Below, in pieces: positions 1 to 12,526 of a stretch of 64,000 nt of DNA. Origin of the DNA: Oculina patagonica (Eukaryota); NCBI RefSeq assembly GCF_052425735.1, contig NC_135771.1, forward strand, positions 8,308,001 through 8,372,000, given 5' to 3'. The notes beneath the pieces are model-generated. The model saw only the letters and a list, made by a program, of their open reading frames with translations, did no database searches and was not told the origin of the DNA. Each line of letters opens with the position of its first letter. Position 1 is the stretch's first letter. The translations under genes and the position numbers were made by a program.

Positions 1-117
1 TGGAATGAGTCAGATACTTTCACATTGGATTTCCACACAAAAACCATCTTGCACAACATGTCTGCACCTAATTCAAAATAGAGAAAAAACCCGCAAACTC
101 ACTGATAGTGAGGTTAA

Positions 118-294
118 GATAAAGTCTGTGTTCGAGCCAAGTGGCCCATCAGGTTGGAGCTTATTGCTGTTTCAGTAAAATGAAGCGACTAGGAGCATGG
201 GATGCTAGTCCATCGCAAGGTTTCCTCCAGCAGTAAATTTGCTGGTACCCATTTTTGCAACTGGGTAGACAGAGGCACTAACCATTAGGCCACT
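118..294 (-). mobile_element. tRNA-derived SINE, internally deleted copy
   Basis: Reverse strand reads gtggcctaatggttagtg...aaatgggtacc...gcgatggactagcatccc. Same family as the copies at 15.7/16.8, 21.6, 30.4, 38.8, 41.2, 47.8, 57.1 and 63.4 kb. Confidence 0.7.
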
Positions 295-683
295 GCTTTT
301 TCATCGATGGCGAAAAAAAACGTCTCGTAATCCATCTCAATCTTTCCCAATTTTACCATCCTTGTTCCTTTCTAGCGTGTTATCATTTTTTGCAACCTCG
401 TTTCCGGGGTCTCTCTCTCTCTCCCCCCCCCCCCTTTTTGGTGTTTTTCTACATTACTAAACAGATATTTTGCAAAAAAATGTGTTGCGGCAAAGCTCCG
501 GTTTTCCCAAATAATTTATTATGCAGAAACAAGTCAATTCTACCTTTCAATATGTTCTGCACTTCCTCCTCTGTCCTTGAATGTGAATAAGATGCATGGA
601 TGGATGCCTGTTAACACAAAACATAAGAATGTCGCATGTCACTGTCTTCAGAGACCTAACATCAGAAACACATTAGTAGTATA

Positions 684-870
684 CAGCTATTTCGAGAAAC
701 GTTGTCGGAAAAAAGCACAAAACTGCACAAGCCAATCCCTAAAGGTAGTATGGGTAGACGTATTGAGCTACTGCACGTGTTGTATCTCATACTAATGAGA
801 TATAACAACAAAATAAGCGCAATTTTCAGGTTTTCTTCTTTTCAGACATGTAGAAACAAGGTACGTTTAG
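684..870. mobile_element. Partial copy of the MITE at 42104-42494
   Basis: Starts ta|cagctatttcgagaaacgttgtcggaaaaaagcac and continues aaaggtagtatgggtag, matching the reverse complement of that element's right arm. Confidence 0.6.
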
Positions 871-1081
871 ACCCTCTGAAGTTCAGAAGTAATTTTTCTA
901 TTAAAGACTTGGGGATTAATTTTAATTTATTTGTTCTGGAAGAAAAAAATTTTTTAAATATATATTTTTTTTTTGTTTAATCTTTTTTTGTTTTTTTTTT
1001 TTTTTCCTTTTTTTTTAGTACCTATAATATAAAGAAACTAAATTCTTCAGCCTAAAAAGAACTGGCATAAGTATTGCTATC

Positions 1082-3300
1082 CCAGTCTTAACTCCAAGCC
1101 TTCACAGATCAAGAAACTCAGGAAGAGAATTAGTGATTGCAACCAGCCCCTTATCAGTTCTTACCCCCATCTCCTGTACAAAGCTCAAGATCCATTTGGC
1201 GCATGCAGACAGTCGCAGGTCCAAAACAATTTTCTATTTGAAGCAATTTTGATGAAGGACCATGCAGTCTTTGCTTCACAGATCAAGAAACTCACGAAGG
1301 GATTTACTTGGTGGAACCGACTCCTTTGCAGGTCAGTTCTTACACCCATCTCCTGTACAAAGCTCAAGATCTATTCAGCACATGCAGGCAGTCCTAGGTC
1401 AAAAATAGTTTTCTTTCTGAAACAATTTTGATAAAGGACCAGTCTTTGCTTCACAGATCAAGAAACTCAGAAAGAGATTTACTGGGTGGAACCGACTCCT
1501 TTGCAGGCCAGTTCTTACACCCATCTCCTGTACAAAGCTCAAGATCCATTCAGCGCGTGCAGACAGTCCCAGTTCCAAAACAATTTTCTTTCTGTCACAA
1601 TTTTGGTGTAGGACCAGTCTTTGCTTCACAGATCAAGAAACTCAGGAAGAGATTTTCTGGGTGGAACCAGCACCTTATCAGGCCAGTTCCTACAACCTTC
1701 TCTTGTACATAGCTCAGGATCCATTCAGCGCATGCAGACAGTCCCAGGTCCAAAACAATTTATTTCTCGCTGAAACAATTTTGATGAAGGACCAGTCTTT
1801 GCTTCACAGATCAAGAAACCCAGGAAGAGATTTACTGGGTGGAGCCAGCCCCTTATCAGGTCAGTTCTTACACCCATCTCCTGTACAAAGCTCAAGATCT
1901 ATTCAGCACATGCAGGCAGTCCTAGGTCAAAAATAGTTTTCTTTCTGAAACAATTTTGATAAAGGACCAGTCTTTGCTTCACAGATCAAGAAACTTAGGA
2001 AGAGATTTACTGGGTGGAACCAACTCCTTTGCAGGTCAGTTGGTACACCCATCTCCTGTACAAAAGCTCATGATCCATTCAGCGCATGCAGACAGTCCCA
2101 GCTCCAAAACAATTTTCCCTCTAAAACAATTTTTAAGAAGGACCAGTCTATGCTTCACAGATCAAAAAAAAAATCAGGAAGAGATTTACTGGGTGGAACC
2201 AACTCCTTTGCAGGTCAGTTCTTACACCCATCTCCTGTACAGCTCGATCCTTGTGCTGAGAAGCCTCAAAGCTCAAGATCCATTCAGCACATGCAGACAG
2301 TCCCAGGTCCAAAACAAGTTTTAAACTGAAAGAATTTGTATCAAGGACCAGTCTTTGCTTCACAGATCAAGAAACTCAGGAAGAGATGTACTTCAGGGTG
2401 GAACCAGCCCCTTATCAGGCCAGTTCTTACACCCATCTCTTGTACAAAGCTCAAGATCCATTCAGCGCATGCAGACAGTCTCAGGTCCAAAACACTTTTC
2501 AACGTGAAATAATTTTGATGAAGGACCAGTCTTTGCCTCACAAATCAAGAAACTCAGGAAGAGATTTACTGAGTGGAACCAGCCCCTTATCAGGCCGGTT
2601 CTTTACTGGGTGGAACCAACTCGTTTGCAGGTCAGTTCTTACACCCATCTCTTGTACAATGCTTGTTATCCATTCAGTGCATGCAGACAGTCCCACTAGC
2701 TCAAGACACTTTTCAATTTGAAGTAATTTTGACGAAAGACCAGTCTTTGCTTTACAGTTCAAGAAACTCAGGAAGAGATTTACTGGGTGGAACCAGCTCC
2801 CTTGTGGGCCAGGTCTTACACCCATCTCTTGTACAAAGCTCAAGTTCCATTCAGTGTATGCAGACAGTCTCACGTCCAAAACAGTTTTCTCTCTGAAATA
2901 ATTTTGAAGAAGGACCAGTCTTTGCTTCACAGATCAAGAAACTAAGAAAGGGATTTACTGGGTGGAACCAACTCCTTTGCAGGTCAGTTCTTACACCCAT
3001 CTCCTGTACAAAAGCTCAAGATCCATTCAGTGCATGCAGACAGTCCCAAGCTCAAAACACTTTTCAATTTGAAGTACTTTTGAAGAACGACCAGTCTTTG
3101 CTTTACAGTTCAAGAAACTCAGGAAGAGATTTACTGGGTGGAACCAGCTCCCTTGTGGGCCAGTTCTTACACCCATCTCCTGTACAAGCTCAAGATCCAT
3201 CGGCGCGTCCGGCTCAGCACATGCAGACAGTCCCAGGTCCAAAACAAGTTTTAAAATGAAAGAATTTGTAGGTTTTGTGTTTTTTGCTTTACAGATCAAT
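1082..3300. repeat. Tandem satellite, ~175-bp unit, ~12.5 copies
   Basis: The anchor gaccagtctttgcttcacagatcaagaaactc recurs near 1437, 1612, 1790, 1965, 2141, 2346, 2524, 2739, 2914 and 3089. Spacing is 175-178 bp except for two units with insertions. Confidence 0.95.
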
Positions 3301-4375
3301 CTATAGGCTCACCCCTTGCCCCTGTTTTGGCCAACCTTTTCTTAGGGCCTGATGAAAATTCTTGGATATAAAACTAGAGATAGGAGATCATTAATTAACA
3401 TTCTTAGTTGTCTTTGCTCATAACAAGTAGTTTTTAGTAAGAAAATTGTCAAAGGTTTACTAAATAAGTTAACTGTTTTAGTTTTATCTGAGACATGCCG
3501 CACATAACTGAGTTTTTAAAAGACCAGCTTTCCCATGGTGGATTATTCTGCACCAAATAGACTACATTTGTTAGAAAATAGTTGCTTGACTGCTTTTATC
3601 AAGACTTTGAATGAATATTAATAATGAATTCAAAAATCATCCTTTGGTTATCACAATTTGAGATAGTGGAGGTTAAAGTAGGTTAAAAATTAGGCAAGGT
3701 AAATCATTGTAAGTGATTGTGGGGAGATCAAGAAAGCAGGGTTATATATTCTCACAGTAAATGAATGAAACATTTTCCACCACATTCCAATGGGTAATTG
3801 TAAAATATTTTGTTTGAGATAGTACTGGGACTTTGAGATAACACATTGGTCAATTATAGCAGTGCCCAGTCAACCCACCTCTCACACACAATGTCTATGG
3901 CATATATTTTTAAGCCACCCAATGCACTTATGGTAGTAACTGGGGTTGTTCGAACTTGGGGGGGGGGGGGGAATAGTTTAAAAAGTTAACAATACGACAT
4001 GTGAAATAGGTCCATTTAATAATATAACAAATAACTCTACCTGGAGATTTTTCATACAAAGTTAGTCTATACTACTGTACATAAAATCACCTTACCTCTG
4101 TCTACCTTGAATAGACCTGTGTGCTTTGCTTTGTTGTTCTCAACATCATTATTGCCTTTTAAACTTAAAAAAGAAACATAAGCTTATGAAATACCCTGCC
4201 AACATATGACTTTCTTGAAAGCAAGAAATGAGTGCAAAAAGGTGGAGGACAAACACAGTCTAACATAACTTAAAGAGTGTATTTTGAAAATAGTATGATT
4301 AGGTAATCCATACACAGGTGAATCAGAAAGATACATTGTATAAAGTTTGCGGACAATTTATTGAAATGATGCATA

Positions 4376-4707
4376 CTGTAAAATTCTGGTTGTAAGCCCT
4401 GGGCTTATACAACTTCATGAGGGGTTTTGGGTGCTGGGCTTTTACACAGAGGGGGAAGGAGGGAGGGGGGCTTGTAAGCAGAATAAAAAATGTTTCGTAC
4501 AGGATGGCAGTGTTTGAAATACGTTTTTAAGTTAAAACAGCATAAAAAAGCAATATTTGGCCCTGTTCAGTACTGTTATCCAGCAGAGGGGGCTTTTCTC
4601 TGGGGAGGGGGGAGGTTATTTCTTATTTCATTCTCTTTGGGTTGTATTTTTTTGTTTCGACGTAGATAGGCCTGTAACCAGGGGGGCTTATAACCAGAAT
4701 TTTGTGG
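4376..4707. mobile_element. MITE, TA-flanked (Tc1/mariner-pogo type)
   Basis: Imperfect 24-bp TIR ctgtaaaattctggttgtaagccc / gggcttataaccagaattttgtgg, with TA on both sides. Confidence 0.7.
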
Positions 4708-4963
4708 TACGTGTGGAAACCAACATAGTGCAGCAGTGTCAACTACAGTTTTTAAACCAATTACAGGCTGAAAAATTGAAGTTCATGATATTCCTTGTAT
4801 TACACATCCTTAAAAGACCCCCGAAAATATTGGGAGAAAATCAGATGTTTCAAGAAACGTTGTTTAGAACCCAAACAATATCACCCTAAAAAACCCTGAA
4901 AAGTTTTGGTGCCCGAACAGTTTTGTGGTGATTTTAGAATTATGCAGGTCTGAACATCCTTAA

Positions 4964-5469
4964 TGCATCAGTAAATTCCAGCGGTGCCAATGCCCTCCCC
5001 CCCCCCCAGGACGATCCCCGGGAATTAGTATTTTTTGAAACCAACAGGCAAATGCCCCACTTCTGTCACAAACGAGCTGTTCTATTACCCAGGGGAAGCA
5101 GCTCAAAAATGTTTATTTTCCTTGAATCTTGCCTTACTTCTACCAAAATATCACCTAATTCAGGCCAAATTAAGATTTAGCTATGTCTTATTTCTTTTAA
5201 ATATTGCAAAATTTGGTCATTCTGCAGGTCTAGTGGCCCATTTAAAATGTTCTATGCAGACATATTAGATATGAAACTTATGGTATTTATTGATGAAAAT
5301 TGGTCATTAAAAAAGCGGAAATGCTGTAAGGTGAAAAAAGTGAGATGGTCAAATGCCCCAGGAAAGTTGGGTGGAAGGCTAATGCCCGACCTCTGCACGA
5401 TGGCCATAATAGGAAAATGCCCCACTATTGCCCGAGGGGGGTTGGGCACTGTTAGAATTGACTGATGCA
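4964..5469. mobile_element. MITE, TAA target duplication (PIF/Harbinger type)
   Basis: TIR tgcatcagtaaattc / gaattgactgatgca. TAA at 4961-63 and 5470-72. Confidence 0.7.
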
Positions 5470-5667
5470 TAAGTAAAAGCAAAACCTGTAATTCACACCC
5501 TAAGTGAGATGTCAAGCATCTCCATCCCCTTCATATGGAGTTCCCCACCTCCACCCCCTCCCTAGTCCCCCCAGTCCAGTATAGCTGATATACCAGTATT
5601 TGTTTTTATCCTTTGCTTCATTAGTTACAAGAGAACTAATAATCCACTCCGCATAATTATAAGCTTA

Positions 5668-6621
5668 CCGTAATGATTGGATTTAGCGCCCGGGTAGGCT
5701 CAGTTTCCAGCCATGGGGGTTTTGGTGCGCCCGCGATCCGGGCGCCGAACCCCGGGCCTAGGGGCGCTTATTTACTTTTGGCACCTTAAGTGAGGGGTGC
5801 TTATTCGAGACAGGGCGCTTATTTAATTTTTTTGCGAAACAACCAAATGTTCAAAACAAAACTTTAATATATATTAAAAATAACTAACAATAACATAAAC
5901 TGTAACAGTAACAAATTATTGCAAGTTCAGTTACTTTTACAAGAAATGTTCATTTTAGCAGTAAGTATATACATGTACGGTGCGGTGAATGTTTATGAGT
6001 TTATCTTTTCAGTCTTTTCGACGACGACGACTTCAGTAGGGTCAGTTAGCCACAATAGGAGCGCTTTAAAGGCTGGTTTTCATATGTCGGCAAAATCCCA
6101 GATGATCGGGGATTTTACCGTTTCCGACCATCCCAGATTTTGCCGTATATCAGGAAAATCTGGGATCAGAGTCGCCTTGATCGGCAATAACAGACGCCAT
6201 TTTTAGTTGTGAGGGGCGGTGAGAGACTGGAGCTAAGCAATTAAAAGATTGGTAACGAGCTAAAACTATCGCCGACGTCCCCGACACTAAGAATTGGAGT
6301 TTTCATATATCTTGAACGATCGCCGACCATCACAGAAATCTGGGACCCGTCGGGAAAATAGAAACGCTCCCGATTCTCCAGATTTGTCCCCGACCATCCC
6401 AGACGATCGGGGATATTTACGATTTCGAGTCTTCATTAGTCGGCAAAGTCTGGGACGGTCGGGAAACAGTGAAATCCCCGATCGTCTGGGATTTTCCCGA
6501 CATATGAAAACCAGCCTTTAAGAATAGGGGCGCGTAAAAAATTGGGGGCGCTTATTAGAATGGGGGCGTTATTCGGATGGGGGCGCTTATTGAAATGGGG
6601 CGCTAAATCGAATCATTACGG
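5668..6621. mobile_element. MITE carrying a nested MITE
   Basis: 24-bp TIR ccgtaatgattggatttagcgccc / gggcgctaaatcgaatcattacgg, with internal ggggcgcttatt subrepeats. Confidence 0.75.
6070..6517. mobile_element. Nested MITE (Harbinger-like ends)
   Basis: Perfect IR aggctggttttcatatgtcgg / ccgacatatgaaaaccagcct, flanked by TAA/TTA. Confidence 0.75.
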
Positions 6622-7115
6622 AATATGACATGTTGCAAATCCAAATGGGGAAACAAGGAACGATTTTGATAAATACGATTAATTTTTGTAAACAAACTCA
6701 GTTTAATTAAGACTAAGAGTTCTACCCGCTAGATTTTGCCATTTTACATGTGTGTGCCTGTGCTATGGCAGAATGAACTCCTGTGGGTCTATGTCAAATC
6801 TACTCTTATGCTTGTAAAACCAAACTGTAAACCAATATTAAGTCTTTACGAGCTTTAAATTATAGCTTACTTTTATCAAGAGGTCTTCAGAGCAGAGGTC
6901 AACAAAACGCCTCCACATTTCACCCTCTCGCTGCGAACTGCAGACAAAGCGAAGCAAGTTAGCTTATGTTTCACATCACTGATTCAAGAAGCTTTAGCAC
7001 AAAGAACAAACCTTTGAAAGTGCAGTAAACACAGTTTTTCACCATTTCAGACTGCTTTCCTTTCTCAAGTCCAACATGGCGGAAAGACACACTCGCAAAG
7101 ATCAGTGGGAAGCAG

Positions 7116-7309
7116 CTGCCTCGTCCCCAGGCGCCGCTTGGCCGGACGTTGAGGCGGTAAGGCGGGAAAACAGGGAGCGCGGGGATTGATGGTTAGGGAG
7201 CGAGCCGTCCGCATCAGGCCCAGAACGCCAAGCGAACCGTGCACGTCAGTCCCACAACACCAAGCGAACCGTGCACGACCAAGGACGAGGACGCCTGGGG
7301 ACGAGGCAG
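7116..7309. mobile_element. MITE with 9-bp TSD
   Basis: 18-bp perfect TIR ctgcctcgtccccaggcg. The 9-mer gggaagcag is duplicated at 7107-7115 and 7310-7318. Confidence 0.85.
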
Positions 7310-7727
7310 GGGAAGCAGTAAAGTAAGAGGGGAGGGAGGGGTGGAGTGCGCAAGTTGCAACTTTCACAACTTTTTCCAACAAAATTACATTTTATTCCTA
7401 TTCCTACATGAACGAGTAAAGTAAAAAGATAAGACTTTTCTAACGGGAGCAAAGGCGACAAAAAGATCAACAAAACCACAAAAGAAAGAAAGCGAAAAAA
7501 GTAAACGGAAAAACGCAAGAAAGGAGAAAGCCTAAAGTGGTATTATCTTTTTCCAACCCAAAACCTCTTCAAAGTTTGCTTTTTGCGCAATCCCAATCAT
7601 TCACTACGAGTACGAGATCGAGTACGACTTTGGAATTTTGACACAATTATATTCCCCAAACTATAACTCTTCCCTGTTGCTGACTAACACATGAATAAAA
7701 GTTAGGGGTAAGATTGGTGTGATAAGT

Positions 7728-8159
7728 CAGTGGCGGATCCAGACCTTCAGCTAAGGGGGGCCCGCTTGACTATGAATATATAGACGGCAAACTGATCCTG
7801 ACGGCTAAAGCGGTCAAAAATAAACAAAGTGGATAAAAAGAAAAAAACTAGTTTTTTCTATATATATTTTAGTTTTTTTCTTTTTATCCACTTTGTTTAT
7901 TTTTGCCCGCTTTAGCCGTCGCGTCAGGATCAGTTTGCCGTCTATATTTTCCGTTTTAACTAAGTTACTGATCCAGGTCTTCAATAGATCCGGCACCACT
8001 CATCGGTTTGTCGCTGTGATATTGCAGTATCTTATTATGACTATGAATATTGAATTCTGCGAAGAAAATTCCGGCACTTGAAAAAAAAAGCGCTATTTCC
8101 GAAAAAATAAGGGGGGAGGGGGGCGGGCCCCGCGGCACTTCAAAGTGGATCCACCACTG
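7728..8159. mobile_element. MITE with 5-bp TSD, containing a fold-back insert
   Basis: TIR cagtggcggatcc / ggatccaccactg. taagt is duplicated at 7723-27 and 8160-64. A near-perfect hairpin lies at 7778-7947. Confidence 0.7.
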
Positions 8160-10213
8160 TAAGTGATTGGGTTTTTGGGGGGTTATAGGAGGTAAACGAA
8201 TTTGGTTTGAAAGCTCGTACTCGTACTCAATCTCGTACTCGTAGTCCAATCTGAAGGTTGAGCTTACGTATGGAAAACGTGAAAGGCGCGAGGGGGCCAC
8301 GCGAGGATAAAAAACGCTTTTTCTTCGCGTGGTCTTCTTGCGATCGCGCCCTCTCATTTAGTTGCAATCTCTTGCAATGGAAAAAGAGCCAGAAATAGGC
8401 ACGTGTGGTGTCAAATGGCCATTATTTGGGAAAATCCTGGAAGTAGAATCCCAGCTAGCTAGGCTAGAGCTTACGGCTTCTCTTAAGATCTTAAAGCTGA
8501 ATCGAAAGGTGAGTTCTGTGTGAAATGTTCAATGTGGATGGCAAAAGCAGTCGGCAAGCGTCCGACGGAATAACGCAAAGTGTCTAATGTTTCATCCGAA
8601 GTAAAACTTGCCCTGTGAATTTTCTAATGTGTGTAGCCACTCACCTAATGTTTGTTTCAGGGCGAGTATTTGATTGGTTTATCTTCTCATTGGAACCGCA
8701 TTCATGGAGCTTATACTGCGAGAGATTTGAAATTTCCTTTCCGCGATTTTGACCCGGAACTAAAATTGAGACAGGTCGACTTGGAAAGTACGAATACAAA
8801 AATAGACTTCTTCAATCATTCCCCATTTATACTTTAACAAATGTCTGTCCGTATAATGTGTAATGCCTCGGGCGTTGAAAATCAAGCTTAACCTTTCTCA
8901 GAGCCCTCTTCTTCTTTCTGGATGAAGCGTTTTCCGCTAACTCAAACCGATTTGAACGGATTGGACAAACCTCATGGACTAAATTTTGTCGAGGGCCCTG
9001 CTGATTTTTTTTTTTTTTTTTTTTTTTGGGGGGGGGGGGGGGTATAAATTCCATTTTCCCAGCCCAGATCCCATTTCGCAGCCTATTGTTTTTCCAAATT
9101 TTCAAAATCCTAATTCCAGTTCTATTGTTTTTCGTTCTGTGATTCCCATTTCCAGTGACTAAATCCCAGTCCCAGTGACCCATTTTCCCAATTAAAATTT
9201 GCCCAAATCCCAGATCTCATTTTACCCCTTCGAGACCCTTTTCAACCGACCTAACCTGTGCTCTGAAAATTTAGGTCAACTTTTACAAGAGAGTTACACT
9301 GAGCGAGGAAGAAGTTTAACAAGCAAAAGCGGCAACACAGGGTAAAAAGCCTAATGGATTTACTTGGAAACGTCTTTATTGTGGAATGAACTCACAGTCC
9401 TCAAACGCCTACTACATCGGACGTTTAACTGTGAAATAAAGAAATATCACTAAAATACTGTTCAGTAATAAGTTGAAACGACATGACATAAATTTTATCT
9501 ACTACAGCTGTTATCATGAGTTATCTATTATTATTTTATCGCTTTAGTATATCGCTTTAGAATATTTTGGGTCGTAAAATTTCGCTACCGAAAATGTTTG
9601 CACGATCGTTCAAGCTCAGAATCCCTGATACACTTTACAAGTCTGCTACTAGTGCTACGAATGGTGAAATTAGCGTAGTTTACACCATATTACAACAAAA
9701 AGAGAATGAAAAAGCTCGTTAACGTCTTATGAACGTCACCAACAAACTATCTGATTTTTACTTACACTATAATAAGCAATTACATTTATATCTGCAAACG
9801 TCCACAACTTAATATTGTGTTGTCTTCGGCGTAAACTTTAAATCACTCACATTTTGCGAGCTTGCAAGCGATAAGTTCGATCCTTCTTTTGACAAAGTAA
9901 ATATACAAGAATTACAGTTAGAAAAGAGTGTTTTTTTTTTTTTTTTTTTTTTTTTGGTTTTTTAAATATATCGTTTGACATGGTCAAGAGCACAAAATTT
10001 GAAAGGGTTCAAGAGTCACTTTTACTAGACTTGCTTACAAGCCGAGCTACCACCAAACCAGAAAAGAAAAGCGACTTAAACTTTTACCTGTCCGCCATTT
10101 CGGACCTCTAAGAAGGTTCGGTTTAACCTCTCCCCACCCCTCCCACCGCCCCTACAATGACCACATTTAACAAATGTCCCGAGAGGGGCACAGTTCTATA
10201 ACTGCAGTGTAAC

Positions 10214-10377
10214 CAAAGCTGTGCTCTTGGGATTAATGCAGGGTGCCCGAAGGCTCTTATGTAAGGAGTCTTGGGTGCCCAGCTCTTAAAAGCTTTTATG
10301 ATAGAAAGTTATCTAAGTCGCCCAAAGGCAAAAGTAAGTCGCCTCTGGCACCCGGGCCCTGCTAGAGCACATCCCTG
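10214..10377. mobile_element. Short MITE, 5-bp TSD
   Basis: Ends caaagctgtgctct / agagcacatccctg, with gtaac duplicated. It is absent at the paralogous site near 50922 (gtgtaacccgcg). Confidence 0.75.
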
Positions 10378-10678
10378 GTAACCCTCGTAGAATTCGCTGA
10401 GATGCCGGGCAGTTTAAATGGAATGCACAACCTTTTTTCGTTGCTATAGTGGTCTCTACAGATCTGGAAACAAGTTAGTTTTCCCCTCAAATCTAAAGTT
10501 TGAGGTAGCATTGAGATTTCGTGGCTTAATGCGATTCTATAGGGAAAACAAAACTAACTTTTGCACTCAGGACGGCTTATTCAGCCTCGAATCTTAAAGA
10601 CCTAAATTTACACAGGTTTCTCAAAATATCACAATCCAACTGGTTTAAGGATGAGTGGCCAAATATTGGTTGTACAGG

Positions 10679-12526
10679 TTATCCAAATGACGTTGATTAG
10701 GACGATGTACTGAATGAAAAAGGCGATGATGGGACCGCTGCAAATGAAAAACCTGAAGAGATCGTTCCAAATGAAGAAGCTTACGAGGTTGTTCCAAATG
10801 AAAGAGGCTTGACTTCTTCCTGGACAAGGCAAAGTTTATCCAGTACTCCTTTGGAGAGCTCTAGTACACAGCCACTGAATGTATCTTTACTTTTTTCAGA
10901 GATCGTTTTCACGGGTATGGTTGTCGCCTGGATCCACTTGTCCTCTGTGGGATCATAGCATTCAACACTCAATTCGCTTTCAATACCGTTCCTTGTGCCA
11001 CCCAGCACATAGAGCTTTTTGTTCAGACATACCATACTGCCATAGACGCGAACAACATTCAAGCTTCCAATAAACTGCCATTCATTTGTAGAAACATTGT
11101 ACATCTCACATGTTGCCGTTACCATTCTCAATTTGTTTGCGTCTCCGGCAACAAAAATCTTTAATTGGGTGGCCACACCAAAAGCACAGCCTCTTTCTTG
11201 TTGCATGTCAGTAATTTCCTCCCATTTGTTTTTAACAGTGTCGAATCGTTCCGCTTTCGTAACGTACTCCGACTCCTCTGGCGGCTTGCCACCAAGAACA
11301 TAAAGATAATTACCAGAGGCAACAACACAAGCCTCTTCTCTACAGCCCTCGTGAGATGACAAAACTGTCTGCCATGAACACAACTCCACATTGTACCTTT
11401 TAATCGTTGATGTGGCGTCTTCAATCTTGACTTCAATGGCATAGATTTCTCCTCTAACGACAGCCACCATGGCAAAATTTGTGGACAAGTCCAAAGTAGC
11501 CCAGCCATTGAAAACGGGATCATATCTCTCTGCCTTACCAATTTAAGGAAAAGTGTACAACTGATCGCAGAATTTTATCATCTGGGTTGTCTGATTTTTC
11601 TCTGACAGCCCGTCTGGCAAACGCTTCCACTCATCTTTCTCTGGGAGATAACAAAAAGTGTATTTCCCTCCACAAGCTACAATGACGCGTGTTTCAATCC
11701 CTTTTCTCGGTGACTGCAGCAGATCGTCGTCTTCACTTGCAAAGGTAGTCAGCTTGATAGCATCTGAGGTCAGCTTCAAACAAGCAAAATTCTCTTGCAC
11801 GAGTTCATTTGTCACGACATAGAGTAAATAGTCACGCGATAGGAAACCCAGCCGAACGTGACGAAATAATTCTTCAAAAAATGCTTTTCGCTCGCTTTTG
11901 TTTTGTTCAACCCACCTTAATATGATTTTAAAAACATCGGCTTCCACTGCAACACAAATCTCATCACTTGAAATCCACCTCTCAACTTCCTTCGCCTCCA
12001 AGTTTAAAAATTCATCCATTTCTGCTACAGAGGCGACGTTTGCGTGGATGAACTTCCTGCTGTTAGCGATAAGTTCGTCACACTGGTATTTCTCAGCAAA
12101 ATAAAAGGTTGAAATGCAGTTTAATTTGGACATCTGTCCTTCAAGAAATCGCCCAGAAATTGTTTTCAATCCCGGAATGAGCAGATAATTCGCTGCGGCT
12201 ATCAGGTCTGCAGCCTGATTCTCCTGAGTGATCTCGACACTTCCTGTGTAGATGAACTCCAAAACATCTTCCATAACAGACCCCGAAATCTCTTCGAACC
12301 GAGCAATTCCTTCTCGATTCTCTTTCATGTCGCTCTGAAGAAGCTTGTGAAAGAACGGGCTTGCTGCGGAGAGCACATTTCTGTGAGCCTTGAACTCTTT
12401 CTCATCTTTCGTCACCAAAGTTACGTCGCATAAATAATCTTGTTTTCGCTGCATGTTGAGCCGCTTTGTCAATTCCACACAAAAAGAAGCTTGTTCTGTA
12501 ACGGAGATAGGCTGTAGATCTTCCAT
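10679..12526 (-). pseudogene. K1: BTB-BACK-Kelch gene with FG-repeat tail, three in-frame stops
   Basis: A 616-codon frame colinear with K8. TAA occurs at 11543-45, 10781-83 and 10697-99 (K8 has CAA at the first and last). One Kelch GG is mutated to GD. The translatable part is a 327-aa BTB-BACK. Confidence 0.9.

Larger units (their letters stand above)
1..7080 (-). other. Putative multi-exon gene (5' part), product unknown
   Basis: Minus-strand segments bounded by AG/GT signals at 6871-6937 (branch ctaac + ttgcttcgctttgtctgcag; donor gtaagc), ~4106-4163, 544-607 and 1-67. The last three can join in frame (..KHTGLFK|ASIHASYSHSRTEEEVQNILKG|ADMLCKMVFVWK..). The phase to the 6.9-kb exon is unresolved and I recognise no homology. 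Confidence 0.3.

Noticed and set aside
1082-3300. CRISPR array, retrozyme array, snoRNA cluster or coding repeat
   Set aside because: There are no unique spacers and no cas genes. I found no CUGANGA..GAAA hammerhead core on either strand. The TGATGA/CTGA box-like words are not conserved across units. Unit lengths are mostly not multiples of 3 and the ORFs break constantly.
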